NCBI GenBank assembly: GCA_963662465.1
Contig: OY759599.1
Coordinates: forward strand, 5,984,001 to 6,048,000
Direction: 5' to 3'
Length of the DNA stretch: 64,000 bases
Origin: Desulfatiglandales bacterium
GTDB lineage: Bacteria > Desulfobacterota > DSM-4660 > Desulfatiglandales > Desulfatiglandaceae
Made by a program: the position numbers and the translations under genes. This document shows positions 49,438 through 60,269 of the stretch, one piece after another. Below the pieces are notes generated by a model. The model was not told the DNA's origin. It did no database searches and was given only the letters and a program-made list of their open reading frames with translations. Positions within the stretch are counted from its first letter, which is position 1. Each line of letters begins with the position of its first letter.

Positions 49438-51294
49438 ATGCACAAATTGCTGACAGACGCTCCAGGGAAAAAGATGCTTTTACTGGGCAACGAGGCCATT
49501 GCCCGCGGCGCCTTAGAAGCAGGCGTATCATTTGCCACATGTTATCCGGGTACGCCTTCTTCAGAGATTCCACAAAACTTTTTCAGCATTAGCCAGGAAT
49601 CGGACCTCTATTTTGAATACTCCACCAACGAGAAGGTAGCCATGGAAGTGGCTGCTGCGGCGGCTGTTTCGGGGCTCAGGACCATTGTCACCATGAAACA
49701 TGTGGGGCTCAATGTCGCAGCCGACCCGTTGATGACGTTGGCCTATGTAGGCGTCAAGGGCGGCATGGTGATTATCAATGCCGACGATCCTTCGCTCTTT
49801 TCCAGCCAGAACGAGCAGGACAACCGCTACTTTGCCAGGCTGTCCGGATTGCCCATGCTGGAACCCACCTCCAGCCAGGAAATGAAGGACATGACCCTTA
49901 CGGCCTTTGAAATGTCCGAAGCCCTGGAACTCCCGGTCATTATCAGGACCACCACCCGGTTGGCCCATGTGAGAGGGGCGGTGGAATTGGGGACACTGAA
50001 ACCCGTTACCAAAAAAGCCACCTTTGAGAAGAACCCCTTCCACTTTGTGACGGTTCCCGCGGTTTCGAGGACCCTCCATAAGGAGTTGCTGGAAAAATTT
50101 GATAAGGCCTCCGAAATTTCCGACAATGACGCTCTCTACAATGAGGTGATCGGGACCGGGAAATGGGGTATTGTCGCTAATGGCGCCTGCTTTAACTACG
50201 TGAAAGATGCGGTTTTGGATTTGGGGATTGGCGATAAAGTTTCCATCCTGAAACTGGTGATGTCATGGCCGCTGCCGCGTACCCGGTGTATCGATTTCAT
50301 GAAAAAAATGGATAAGGTTCTGGTGGTGGAAGAACTGGAACCCATCAATGAAACCGAACTGAAGGCCATGGCCCAGGAGAACGGCATTACCATCCCCATC
50401 AAGGGGAAAGGGGTGGGGGCATTCTCACGCCTTTTTGAATATGACCCCGGCATGGTGCGCCAGGCCGTTGCCGATTATTTCGGCATCGCATACACAGCGC
50501 CCGAGCCACTGGATCTTTCGGGCATGTCGGATCTGCCGGGGAGACCACCCAACCTTTGCGCCGGGTGCCCCCATCGCGCCACTTACTATGCTGTCAAACA
50601 GGTTTTTGGGACGGACGCCATCTTTCCAACGGATATCGGATGTTATACCCTGGGCGTTCTGCCGCCCATTTCTATGGCGGATTTCGTTATCTGCATGGGG
50701 TCCTCCGCCAGTTCCAGTTGCGGTTTTGCACAAGCCACAGACCAGAAGGTCGTCTCCTTTATCGGTGATTCAACCTTTTTTCATTCGGGCATGACAGGTC
50801 TTGCGGATGCCGTTCACAACAACCATAAATTTACCCTGGTGATCCTGGACAATGGCACTACCGCCATGACCGGCCACCAGATTCATCCCGGCGTCAATAC
50901 GGAACCCATGGGGATCAAACGGACCCGCATCTCCATTGAAGAGGTGGTGCGGGGCTTGGGCGTCAAAGATATCCATGTGGTGAAACCCTTTAAACTGAAC
51001 AAAACCATGGAATCCATTAAAAAGGCCATGGAATACGACGGTTTATCGGTCATCATTTCACAGGAGCTGTGTCCCCTCTTTGCCAAGGCCACGAAACAGT
51101 TCAAGAAGACCAAACCTTTCCGTGTCAATCATGACAAGTGCAAGAACCACAGGGACTGCATCAATCTTCTGGCGTGTCCGGCCATGTATCTGGACGGGGA
51201 TCAAGTGGAAATCGATAAAATCGCCTGCATCGGCTGCACCGTGTGCGCTCAGGTATGTCCGGAAAACGCCATTGTACCCGTGAAAGAGGGATAG
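49438..51294 (+). CDS. iorA: Indolepyruvate:ferredoxin oxidoreductase alpha subunit
   Basis: LLGNEAIARG, YPGTPSSE, CAGCPHR, GDSTFFHSG, C-terminal ferredoxin. Confidence 0.95.
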   Translation: MHKLLTDAPGKKMLLLGNEAIARGALEAGVSFATCYPGTPSSEIPQNFFSISQESDLYFEYSTNEKVAMEVAAAAAVSGLRTIVTMKHVGLNVAADPLMTLAYVGVKGGMVIINADDPSLFSSQNEQDNRYFARLSGLPMLEPTSSQEMKDMTLTAFEMSEALELPVIIRTTTRLAHVRGAVELGTLKPVTKKATFEKNPFHFVTVPAVSRTLHKELLEKFDKASEISDNDALYNEVIGTGKWGIVANGACFNYVKDAVLDLGIGDKVSILKLVMSWPLPRTRCIDFMKKMDKVLVVEELEPINETELKAMAQENGITIPIKGKGVGAFSRLFEYDPGMVRQAVADYFGIAYTAPEPLDLSGMSDLPGRPPNLCAGCPHRATYYAVKQVFGTDAIFPTDIGCYTLGVLPPISMADFVICMGSSASSSCGFAQATDQKVVSFIGDSTFFHSGMTGLADAVHNNHKFTLVILDNGTTAMTGHQIHPGVNTEPMGIKRTRISIEEVVRGLGVKDIHVVKPFKLNKTMESIKKAMEYDGLSVIISQELCPLFAKATKQFKKTKPFRVNHDKCKNHRDCINLLACPAMYLDGDQVEIDKIACIGCTVCAQVCPENAIVPVKEG

Positions 51295-51305
51295 GGAGGC
51301 TCTAA

Positions 51306-51896
51306 ATGATGGAAACAAAGAGATTGGTATTTATCGGTGTGGGTGGTCAGGGAAACCTTCTTGCTTCTCGTTTATTGGGTGAAGCGGCCCTTTCAATGAA
51401 CATTCCCACCGTTGTCAGTGAAATTCACGGAATGGCCCAACGGGGCGGCATTGTGGAATCGGCGGTCTTGCTGGGAGACGTACAAAGCCCCATCGTATCC
51501 AGTTCGGAAGCCGATGTATTGATCGGTTTTGAGCCCCTGGAAACCCTGCGGGCCTTAGGCAAATGCAACAAAGATACGGTGGTCATCACCAACATACATC
51601 CTCTGCCCCCCTTTACCGTGGCCGTGGGCCAGGGGACTTATCCTAAGGTGGAAGAAACCCTTCAGTTTATTCGTGAAAGGGCGAAAAGGGTCATTGAACT
51701 CGACGGGACCGCTATCGCGGAAGAAGTGGGAAACCCTCTGGCGTTGAACATGGTTATGCTGGGTGCACTCATTGGTTCGGGGACAACCCCCATTGGGGCT
51801 GAAGAGATGAAGAAAGTTCTGTCAACTTCCACTAAAAAGGCATTTCTGGAGTCTAATTTGAAAGCCTTTGACCTGGGGATGGCGAAAGCGGTTTAA
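51306..51896 (+). CDS. iorB: Indolepyruvate:ferredoxin oxidoreductase beta subunit
   Basis: GVGGQG, SEIHGMAQRGG, NMVMLGAL. Confidence 0.94.
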   Translation: MMETKRLVFIGVGGQGNLLASRLLGEAALSMNIPTVVSEIHGMAQRGGIVESAVLLGDVQSPIVSSSEADVLIGFEPLETLRALGKCNKDTVVITNIHPLPPFTVAVGQGTYPKVEETLQFIRERAKRVIELDGTAIAEEVGNPLALNMVMLGALIGSGTTPIGAEEMKKVLSTSTKKAFLESNLKAFDLGMAKAV

Positions 51897-51925
51897 GCAC
51901 CAGGGATACAACAAGTTTAGAAATA

Positions 51926-51968
51926 CAAAAAGGCATCGATTCATGAGAAAGATCGATGCCTTTTTTTT
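51926..51968. terminator. Bidirectional terminator
   Basis: AAAAAGGCATCGAT...ATCGATGCCTTTTTTTT. Confidence 0.8.
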
Positions 51969-51980
51969 GTTGCCGGTTTT

Positions 51981-53546
51981 TCAACCGTCAACATCTTTCA
52001 TGTCCTTCTCAAAACGGCTTTTTCGCAGGAGAATCTTTTCCATCACATCCTTTTCCATAATTTCAAGATCTGATAGCAGAATCTTTCCATTGACATCACG
52101 GCGAACCACGGGAACATTGGAACTGATATACCCATAGCGCAGACCATAGGCGTTGTTTTCATCCACCAGCACGGATGAAGATGGCAGCTGGGCGGCTTGG
52201 TCCATGCCCGACTCTCTCAAAACGTGAATCAAATAGTTCTTCCCCGTGGACATGGCCATATCGTCCCCGTTAAAGGATCGCTCGAGCATGGCATCCTCAG
52301 TGTAAAGGAGGTCCAGGTTGGGGAAAACGCTTAAAATATTCATATGGACCGCCACCCGAAACCCGGCGTCATCCAGCCGATCTTTCAGCGCTGCGATTCG
52401 TTGATAATTTTCCCGAACATCATCTACGTCCCGGTAGGGAAGATCCAGAATAACGGATATTTCAAGGAATATGTTTCTGTCCAGATATTGAATCATGTTT
52501 TCAACAGCCTGCTCAATGTCCCGATAGAGATAACCTTTTGCCACATGCTTCAAGGTAAAATCAGAGGTGGACTCCAATCCGATGAGCAAGCAATTGACAT
52601 ACTTGTTGATGAATTCAATATAATTTTTATCCTTCAATAGTGTTATCCCGGTAAATATGGTGATGTGGTACTGGGAGATCTGTTGCAAAATTTCCTGAGC
52701 CACGGGGGAGTGGGGACGATAATAGGAGTCAATGAACCGAATGTGTTTGGAATTGAACCCCTGCATGGTCTCGTGGATGGCCCTGACCGCGTTTTGGCTT
52801 TCCATATCCTTCAAAAAATCCATTCGCGGCAATTCCTTGTACGTACAAAATTTGCATTTGCCGTACCAGCACCAGTTATTGAACCCGAAATGGACAGGGA
52901 TGGCTGTCTTTCCCTGATAATGGGGACTCAGAAAATCATTGCGACATTCATAAACGGTTCGGTAATCGTTTTGATCGATTTTTCCGTCTTTCCAATTTTT
53001 GATGATTTGATACAGATCGCTTGTCAGGTCAACATTCCCCGAAATAACAATGAGATTGTCGCGGAGTCTCGATTTTTCCACCCCCATATTGAAGAGAAAT
53101 TGCCGGAAAAAAGGGGGCGATAATCCAATATTGACGAGTGGGCCCCCAAGAACCACTTTCTTTCCACTTTGAAGCAATTGTTTTACGATCAGCAAATCAC
53201 AGAAATTGATGCAGGTAACAATAATATGCTCTGCTTCAAAATCTTCCCTGATAAATTCATCATAATACCCATGGGCCATGAAGACATAAAAAACATTGTA
53301 TACCATGTACTTCTGCTGCAAAAAAGAGATAACATTTGGAGAGAAACGGGAGGTGGCTTTTTCCAGAATGCCGTCATACAGCTCTTTGTCCTTGTTTGAG
53401 GTATAAGTCATGACGGGGATATGACTGAATTGGACATCAAGGTTTTTGTTGCGAAGCAGATTTTCCGTCATAATCCGGGTTGCCATGGGATAAAAAGGCT
53501 TGAATAATGGTGGATACACATAGGCGACTTTCATTTTTTTCACCAT
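51981..53546 (-). CDS. Radical SAM protein (class-B-like, CX4CX2C)
   Basis: YVYPP N-terminus, VVLGGP, CWYGKCKFC, IGLES. Confidence 0.78.
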   Translation of the reverse strand: MVKKMKVAYVYPPLFKPFYPMATRIMTENLLRNKNLDVQFSHIPVMTYTSNKDKELYDGILEKATSRFSPNVISFLQQKYMVYNVFYVFMAHGYYDEFIREDFEAEHIIVTCINFCDLLIVKQLLQSGKKVVLGGPLVNIGLSPPFFRQFLFNMGVEKSRLRDNLIVISGNVDLTSDLYQIIKNWKDGKIDQNDYRTVYECRNDFLSPHYQGKTAIPVHFGFNNWCWYGKCKFCTYKELPRMDFLKDMESQNAVRAIHETMQGFNSKHIRFIDSYYRPHSPVAQEILQQISQYHITIFTGITLLKDKNYIEFINKYVNCLLIGLESTSDFTLKHVAKGYLYRDIEQAVENMIQYLDRNIFLEISVILDLPYRDVDDVRENYQRIAALKDRLDDAGFRVAVHMNILSVFPNLDLLYTEDAMLERSFNGDDMAMSTGKNYLIHVLRESGMDQAAQLPSSSVLVDENNAYGLRYGYISSNVPVVRRDVNGKILLSDLEIMEKDVMEKILLRKSRFEKDMKDVDG

Positions 53547-53670
53547 CCCTAGCTTTAATTGATTATAGGTTTTAAGTTTTAGGTTTTAAGTTTTAAGTAA
53601 AAAAACGAAACCATATTATCTAAAAATTTGTTACAAAAAAAAGAAGATCATTGTCAGGAAGACTTAAAAC

Positions 53671-54828
53671 TTAAAACTTCGTTATTTTCGAGTTGTATGG
53701 TTGCGTGATTTCCACAAGTGCCTTGAAGATCGGGTCCTTGTCCACCCCTCTTTTTTTGGCGGTATCCAGCACTTCATTAAGGAACATGAGCCTGGACCAG
53801 TCAAAGGGTTTATTCTTCAGGCGCCGCACCTTTTCCGGCGTCAAGTCCCCAGGAAAACTGGCTGGAATCTCATGGCCCAGGGCCCTGAATGCGAGCATGG
53901 TGCGAATACATTTGTCGCATTGGCAACAGTTGGTGTCTGGAAGCGTATCGAACTTGTATTGTCCCTCCCAGCAGACCTTGAGGTTATCCAGCGCTTCGGG
54001 CCATAAAAACAGGGCTTCCAGTTTTTCCATCCGCGTAAAGACCATATCGTGATGTATTTTAAAGCGGTTGCTTGAAAGGAGTCGATCCGTCAGGGGATGA
54101 CTCCCCCATGGACGCAGATGAAGATAGGAATGGCTGCTGCCCACCAGACAGCCTCCCCACAGCGTGCGAAACAGAGACGATACCGATGCAATGACGCAGG
54201 CGTGAGTCATCCAGAATCTTTTAATGGAAAGCAGATACTTCAAGTTGGTTCTGACGTTCAGAAAGGTTAAATCGGGGTATAAAGCAAAGAGCTTCCGATT
54301 TCGTTCGACGACTTTCCCGCACGCTGCATTGTAATTGATGTTTACATCAAATCCCTCAATATACAGGATGGCATTCACATCAAAGCGCTTTCTTTTGATG
54401 GGACCCTTTTTCAGCACGTGATTCAGCGCGCTAAAGGCCCCATCCACGCCTCCGGAAAAGCTTAAAATCACGTTATTGTGGGTTTTATTTTCTTCCAGCT
54501 CACTGTCGGGAACAATATCAATGCGCTGGTATTTATCAGGAAACCATGTGCTGAAAATGATCTGAAATTCTTCCAGGTTATCCAGCAGGGACGACGAAAT
54601 CGGTCCATGCACCCGTAAGATTGCCTTGTCCTCCATGGCCTTCAGTAAGGCTGCAAGAACAAAGGGATCCATAAGATCACAGGAAACGTATTGCCATTGG
54701 TCCGGGGGAACCGAATACCATAGTTTCAAGTCTTCATCATAAGACCGATTCAAATTAATGTTGATACGCACCCGACCGTTTTCATCGCAGTTTTCAACGG
54801 GGCCCGGATACAAGTCTAATTTCCGCAT
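53671..54828 (-). CDS. PP-loop (QueC-like) protein of unknown function with a C-terminal Cys cluster
   Basis: SFSGGVDG, PWGSHP, VCW...NCCQCDKCIRT. Confidence 0.65.
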   Translation of the reverse strand: MRKLDLYPGPVENCDENGRVRININLNRSYDEDLKLWYSVPPDQWQYVSCDLMDPFVLAALLKAMEDKAILRVHGPISSSLLDNLEEFQIIFSTWFPDKYQRIDIVPDSELEENKTHNNVILSFSGGVDGAFSALNHVLKKGPIKRKRFDVNAILYIEGFDVNINYNAACGKVVERNRKLFALYPDLTFLNVRTNLKYLLSIKRFWMTHACVIASVSSLFRTLWGGCLVGSSHSYLHLRPWGSHPLTDRLLSSNRFKIHHDMVFTRMEKLEALFLWPEALDNLKVCWEGQYKFDTLPDTNCCQCDKCIRTMLAFRALGHEIPASFPGDLTPEKVRRLKNKPFDWSRLMFLNEVLDTAKKRGVDKDPIFKALVEITQPYNSKITKF

Positions 54829-54998
54829 GCATACTCCTTAAGGCTCGGACACAAAGCGGGACGATGCAGCAAAGGACCCCCACAAGCACTCCCACGCAGA
54901 GCGATGGGAAAGAGCAAAAGATCATTCCGATTTTTTATGGTCCGGCGGAATAGGGTCAAAAGGTCAAGTTCTAAAGCGGCGGGATAGATAACAAGGTC

Positions 54999-57900
54999 CT
55001 ACTTTTCATAGCTTTGCAACTTTACACCCAAGTCACGGATGCGACCGCTAAGTGCTCTGCAAATGTGAAGGGCAATCTGCGGATATTCTCTCACAATTTC
55101 GCTAAATTCCTGCTTGTGGAGCACCAGGAACCGGGAATCTTCCACGGTCTTGATGGAAGCAGATCGAACCGTATCTTCCAAAAGCGCCATTTCACCGAAA
55201 TAGTCCCCAGACCCCATGCGGGCCAGTTCAATCTCGCGAGCACCTTCTTTTCCCACGCCTTTGATCACGGCTACCGTTCCCTTGATAATCAAAAACATGG
55301 TTTCACCAGCATCCCCCTCCTTTATGACAAATTCATTATTTTTGCAATCCAGCTCCTCTGTTACCGACGCCACAGCCGCCAATTCGCTGACGGAAAGACC
55401 TTCAAATATGTTGATTCCCTTAACCCGCAGGATTTTGTCGGGAATTGTAATTTCCGTTTCCATACTGTCCTCCACTTTTTCGGAATCACCATGCCGGGCA
55501 TCCATAACCCGTGAAGCCATTTGCCGAACATATGAATTTTCCGATTCAGTCAGATCCTTCACAATGCCTTTGTCTGAAATGTCATTTTCCTGGTTGGCCA
55601 GCAGAAACAGTGTCAATACCACTGTAACCCAATCCCGTTTACCCAGAAGATGGGAACTCAGGGCGCTCTGGTCACCGCCGAAATCGGGCAACTTGAATTT
55701 TTTTCGGCCTACCGCCAATGCATCCTTGTTGTGTTGACTTTCCAGAAGCGGCAGCATAATGCTCGAAAGAGACTTATCCATTGTATCATCCAAAGCTTCA
55801 AGACTGTTGGATCTCGCCCGCTTATCCGATGAAAAAATGCCGCGCCAGATGATTCGCATTTGTCCTGATCGGTCCTCCGTAGCCAGCACGCGAAGAATGG
55901 TTTCAAGCGCCACCTGCATCTTGCTGGTAAGGTGGCCGGTGATAAGGTCTCTTGCCCGGCTTTCGGGAAATGCATTTAGACTTTCAACTTCCGACAGGTG
56001 GTTGTAACACCTCTCCAGCTGGGACCGCGCAAATCGATATAGATCGAGATCTTTGATGTTCAGAGATTCCAGCAATTCAAAGATGCCTTCTCGAATGCGC
56101 CGCCTGGGGATGTTAAGCGCTTCAACCAACACCTGTGGATTCTGGTGGGGCGCCTTCAGGATTTTTTCCTTTGCCAGGGTGCATATGACTTCTGAAACAT
56201 CGTCCATCCGGCTGATGGTCATTCGAATGGCATCATTGTCATTTAATTCAAAGGCCGTCAAAGCCGCCAGCCGAACCTGCTCCGAAGCATGGACCAGATA
56301 AGGCAGAACCAAGCTGTTAGGAGCTTCCACTTTCAAGTTGTGAAGCGCATACAGAACATGATGGATAAGGTCATGATTTTCAGGCGCCGCCAGCATGGCC
56401 TTTAGCCTTGGAACATAGCTTTCATCATCGGTTTTTCCGGAAGCGATAATCCCGGCACGCCTTTCAGCCAACTCTCGGGAAGCTAACCATGCATCAATGA
56501 CCGCCTTATATTCTTCGGGAGAAGCCCTGTACAAGCCGATTACGGCATAGGCTTTGACATCGGGGCTTTCGCTGGTTTCAAATATTTCCCTGGAAAAATC
56601 CCGGCCGCTCTCGGCGGAAAGACGATTGGCGGCTTTGATCATCGCAATGGCGAGGCCCTGCTTTTTTGGATCAACCCATTCCCTGAAACGGGCAATGGCA
56701 TCATCACCGGCTTCCGGAGACAGCATGGCCAGCAGTTGGATTTTGGTTTTGTCATCATTATTTTCAAGGACAGACAGGATGTGGTTATCCAGGTTTTCAA
56801 AGTTCTGGGCTTTGAGTACCCGAGCATGCCACAAACAATCTTCTCCCCGGGAGGCAAGGAAGGTCTCCAGGAGTCTGTTCTGGATGCTTTTGTCAGCAAA
56901 AACGCTGTCGGCGTCCTTTTCCTCAAGGGATTTGAGATCCAGCATATTGTTGCTGATCAGGTCCAGCAATATACGGGGATAGCTTTTTTTAAGAACAAAT
57001 GTGGTGACGACCCACGCGCCCACGGCAATCATGGCGGCAATGGAAAGATATCGGGGCGGGAAAAGGCCCTCTGAAACCATGATAATGCCGGACCCGATCA
57101 ATATGCCCACACGGACCACAGTGCCCCTCAAAAACGGTCGGATCACCGCTCGGTAGGATACGGGAAAAAGTCCCATAAGAATAGCGCGGGCCGGGTTGTT
57201 CATGGTGGTTCTCAGTATATTGGTGGAAATCCTGGCGTACATGGCGGAAAAAATATCAAATCGCAGTAGAAAGGCCAGAAACGCCAGCATATAGTTGATG
57301 GGATGAAACATGAGGACGACGGGCAGGCCCAGACGGCCGTACACCCGGCCCACGAAGAGGAGGATGATCAGGCTTACAATATTCATGCAGCCCCGAAAAT
57401 AGCCAAAGAAGTTCAGCATGCCGCTTTGGGTCGCGAAGGTCTGGTTGACCGAAAAAGCAAACTGGTAATTCATGATGGGGATGGCGATGTTGGGCAGCAG
57501 GGTTAACAGAACCAGGATTTTAACCAGGGTGGATTTTTTCATGAGGGGAAGAACATTCTTGAAATCTTCCACCAGGTTGGTCCTTTTTTTGCCCTTTTTC
57601 CCTTTTTTGTTCGAGAGAAGCAATGTGGGGAACTGTTTCCCCATTCGCCGAACCCCCAGGGCCCCCAGACTGGTGGTAATTAAATAGGCAAACATGAGAT
57701 TGTCCATGGTAATGGCTTTGGCCAGGGGGGGCGTGGCGAAACTGCCGATAATGCCCCCGATGACGCCTCCCGCGGTAATCAGCGGGAACAGGCGCTTGGA
57801 TTGTCTGGTGTTAAAAAGGTCGTTGGCCAGATTCCAGAAGATGAGCGCCAGAAGAACCTCGTATTGCGCTTTGAGGATATACAGAACCGGGTAAATGAGG

Positions 57901-58223
57901 TCAAAGCCGAGGGGAACCACAAAGCGAAGGGCGGCAACGGATATGCCGCAAAACAAGAGGGTATTTCCCAACATGCGGCTGCCCGGAATCTTCTGCATAA
58001 GTCCCGTCAGAAAGGCCATGATGAAAAAGGTGGAGATGGAATTGACCACATTGACAATGGGCAAATACTCAACGCCGTATCGTTTAAGGAAGGCTGTTTC
58101 CGCAAAATTATTAAACAGGATACTGGATGTGCGAATCAGGAAGAGAAGCAGAACGACCCAAAAAAACAGCGAAATCTCATCTTCGTAGACCTTAAGCCAT
58201 TTCCCCAGGATTTTTAGCATCAA
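54999..58223 (-). CDS. NTT (Npt/TLC)-like transporter + HEAT repeats + cNMP-binding domain
   Basis: FWNLANDLFNTRQSKRLFPLI, helical repeats, YFGEMALLEDTVRSAS. Confidence 0.85.
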   Translation of the reverse strand: MMLKILGKWLKVYEDEISLFFWVVLLLFLIRTSSILFNNFAETAFLKRYGVEYLPIVNVVNSISTFFIMAFLTGLMQKIPGSRMLGNTLLFCGISVAALRFVVPLGFDLIYPVLYILKAQYEVLLALIFWNLANDLFNTRQSKRLFPLITAGGVIGGIIGSFATPPLAKAITMDNLMFAYLITTSLGALGVRRMGKQFPTLLLSNKKGKKGKKRTNLVEDFKNVLPLMKKSTLVKILVLLTLLPNIAIPIMNYQFAFSVNQTFATQSGMLNFFGYFRGCMNIVSLIILLFVGRVYGRLGLPVVLMFHPINYMLAFLAFLLRFDIFSAMYARISTNILRTTMNNPARAILMGLFPVSYRAVIRPFLRGTVVRVGILIGSGIIMVSEGLFPPRYLSIAAMIAVGAWVVTTFVLKKSYPRILLDLISNNMLDLKSLEEKDADSVFADKSIQNRLLETFLASRGEDCLWHARVLKAQNFENLDNHILSVLENNDDKTKIQLLAMLSPEAGDDAIARFREWVDPKKQGLAIAMIKAANRLSAESGRDFSREIFETSESPDVKAYAVIGLYRASPEEYKAVIDAWLASRELAERRAGIIASGKTDDESYVPRLKAMLAAPENHDLIHHVLYALHNLKVEAPNSLVLPYLVHASEQVRLAALTAFELNDNDAIRMTISRMDDVSEVICTLAKEKILKAPHQNPQVLVEALNIPRRRIREGIFELLESLNIKDLDLYRFARSQLERCYNHLSEVESLNAFPESRARDLITGHLTSKMQVALETILRVLATEDRSGQMRIIWRGIFSSDKRARSNSLEALDDTMDKSLSSIMLPLLESQHNKDALAVGRKKFKLPDFGGDQSALSSHLLGKRDWVTVVLTLFLLANQENDISDKGIVKDLTESENSYVRQMASRVMDARHGDSEKVEDSMETEITIPDKILRVKGINIFEGLSVSELAAVASVTEELDCKNNEFVIKEGDAGETMFLIIKGTVAVIKGVGKEGAREIELARMGSGDYFGEMALLEDTVRSASIKTVEDSRFLVLHKQEFSEIVREYPQIALHICRALSGRIRDLGVKLQSYEK

Positions 58224-58438
58224 GTTGCCTCAGTATCAGGATGATAAATATGGTAAACACTCATGAATCACGCGAGCATTTACCCACAAACATGAAAATG
58301 ACCTCTACCACTTTTAAGCTAATGGCTAACAGCTAATTGCTAACGGCTATATTTTCATGGTAAATACGGGTATATTTACCTCGCAGTCCATTGAGAGTCA
58401 AGGATATTCACATCAGAAATGTCTTTGCACGACATAAC

Positions 58439-59884
58439 TCATTTCAAATATTCTTCGGCATTTTTTTGCCCCAATTGAGAAGCCTGTTTAAAGTCTGAAA
58501 GCGCCTGTTCTTTTTGTTCGGAGGCCAGGTAGGCCAACCCTCGATTGAAATAAAAATCCCCGTCCCTGGGATCAATTTTGAGGGCTGAAGTGTAATCCTC
58601 GATGGCGAGATCATATTTTCCCAAGGTATAATAAACGTTGGCGCTGTTGCAAAAGGCATCTGGAAAAGAAGGCTTAATGGCAATAACCTTTTGGAAATCC
58701 CGAAGGGCATCATCATACTTTTTCATTTTCACCTGGACCAGGCCCCTGTTGTAATAGGCATCCCCATTTTTCGGATTGATGCGGATGGCTTCAGTGTAGT
58801 CCTGAAGCGCTCGATTCAAATTCCCGTTTGAAGCATAGAGCCAGGCCCTGTTATAGAAAGCGTCTCCGTCTTTGGCATTTTCTTTAATAACAAGGTTAAG
58901 ATCCCGCAGCTTTTTTTCGAAGGTTTTTCCGTTGGGTTGCTGTTTTTTGGGCGGTGTTATTTTAGAAAGTTGAGGTTCCCGGGTCGTCTTCATTTTAGTG
59001 GTTTCAGTGACAGGTGTTTGTTTTTTTGGTATTTTTGGGCCTTCCCGGCCTTTTGAAGGGATAGGCGTCTCGGGTTTGCTTCTGATGATTTTCGATTTCA
59101 AAATCCCCGTTTTTTCAAGGGAGCCTTGGGAAAATGCCTGGATGTGCAACATGAGTTCCTCAAAAACATAAAATCCCGCGGCGGCAAACAACAGAAGACC
59201 CATGAGAAAAGCGACCAGCACCATCCGCCGGTTTGTTCTTACCGGCGGAAAATGGACAACAAGATCCTTGTCGCCGACCATTAGACCGCCCATCTGCCAC
59301 CGGTACAGCATACAGAGCGCCCAAGGTGCGAAAATAGAAAATGTAATACAATTCAGGATCCAGGTCAGCAGACAAATTTTGATATACTCACCCAAGCGGG
59401 CGCCAAAAGATGTTATTTTTCCTCCGTATAAGGTATGTTCTTCCTTCCAGGCGTGAAAACGGTACATTCCCACCAGATAGTATAATCCGAAAGTAACCAG
59501 GGGCAGTAGAACCAGGTGTAAAACATAAAGGACAAAGAGGCTGCCCCCTGTGCCGGTAAATCGGCTCGGTTTGCCGGCCACAAGGGTATGATCGGCTTTC
59601 CATCGAAAAATCCGGCAGAGCGCCCACGGGCCATAAAATCCCAGTGTGACAATTGTCAAAAAAGCGTTTAACAGAAGGGGAACAAAGAATTGCCCCCCGG
59701 TTCCCGAAAAAGCGGTTTTCTGGTCGTGAATGAGCGTATGGGAAGCTTTCAGCTTGAACAATCGAACGCAGGCCCAAGGGAAGTAGACCCCTAAAGATGC
59801 CAGGCTGAACAATCCCAGATGCAAAAACAGGGTGATGAAATACTGTCCGCCGGTTGCCTCGAATTGACAATTTCCTTTTGACAT
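58439..59884 (-). CDS. DUF898/YjgN-like membrane protein with C-terminal TPRs
   Basis: Repeated F.GTGG...TLG.Y.PWA units; AYYNRG-type TPRs. Confidence 0.78.
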   Translation of the reverse strand: MSKGNCQFEATGGQYFITLFLHLGLFSLASLGVYFPWACVRLFKLKASHTLIHDQKTAFSGTGGQFFVPLLLNAFLTIVTLGFYGPWALCRIFRWKADHTLVAGKPSRFTGTGGSLFVLYVLHLVLLPLVTFGLYYLVGMYRFHAWKEEHTLYGGKITSFGARLGEYIKICLLTWILNCITFSIFAPWALCMLYRWQMGGLMVGDKDLVVHFPPVRTNRRMVLVAFLMGLLLFAAAGFYVFEELMLHIQAFSQGSLEKTGILKSKIIRSKPETPIPSKGREGPKIPKKQTPVTETTKMKTTREPQLSKITPPKKQQPNGKTFEKKLRDLNLVIKENAKDGDAFYNRAWLYASNGNLNRALQDYTEAIRINPKNGDAYYNRGLVQVKMKKYDDALRDFQKVIAIKPSFPDAFCNSANVYYTLGKYDLAIEDYTSALKIDPRDGDFYFNRGLAYLASEQKEQALSDFKQASQLGQKNAEEYLK

Positions 59885-59931
59885 TCACCCACCTCTTCCT
59901 ATAAATGTTTGTGACCCTTCATGGTTTGCGC

Positions 59932-60252
59932 TTAGAGATATTCCTCCCGAATGGGGGAAAAAATCTCCACAATCACCGAATCTTCAAGCACCCTGGCTGA
60001 ATGCGGTACGTCTTCCGGTACGTTCCAGCTATCGCCGGGTTCGGCGTCAAAGGTTTTGCCTTCTATTATAAACTGAATTTTCCCTGAAACCAGGTAACCG
60101 GTTTGTTCATGGGGATGGCGGTGTTCGGGAACCGCGCTTCCGCCGTCGAGAATAAATTCGCACAGATGCGTTTTTTTGCCGTAAACGAGGCTTTTCATCT
60201 GAACGCCTTTTGCCGGAGTATTGTAACCTTCAGAATTCTTTTTGTAAAACAT
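59932..60252 (-). CDS. Cupin domain protein
   Basis: PEHRHPHEQTGY, PGDSW, VPHSA. Confidence 0.9.
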   Translation of the reverse strand: MFYKKNSEGYNTPAKGVQMKSLVYGKKTHLCEFILDGGSAVPEHRHPHEQTGYLVSGKIQFIIEGKTFDAEPGDSWNVPEDVPHSARVLEDSVIVEIFSPIREEYL

Positions 60253-60269
60253 ACCTTTATCCTTTCGTT

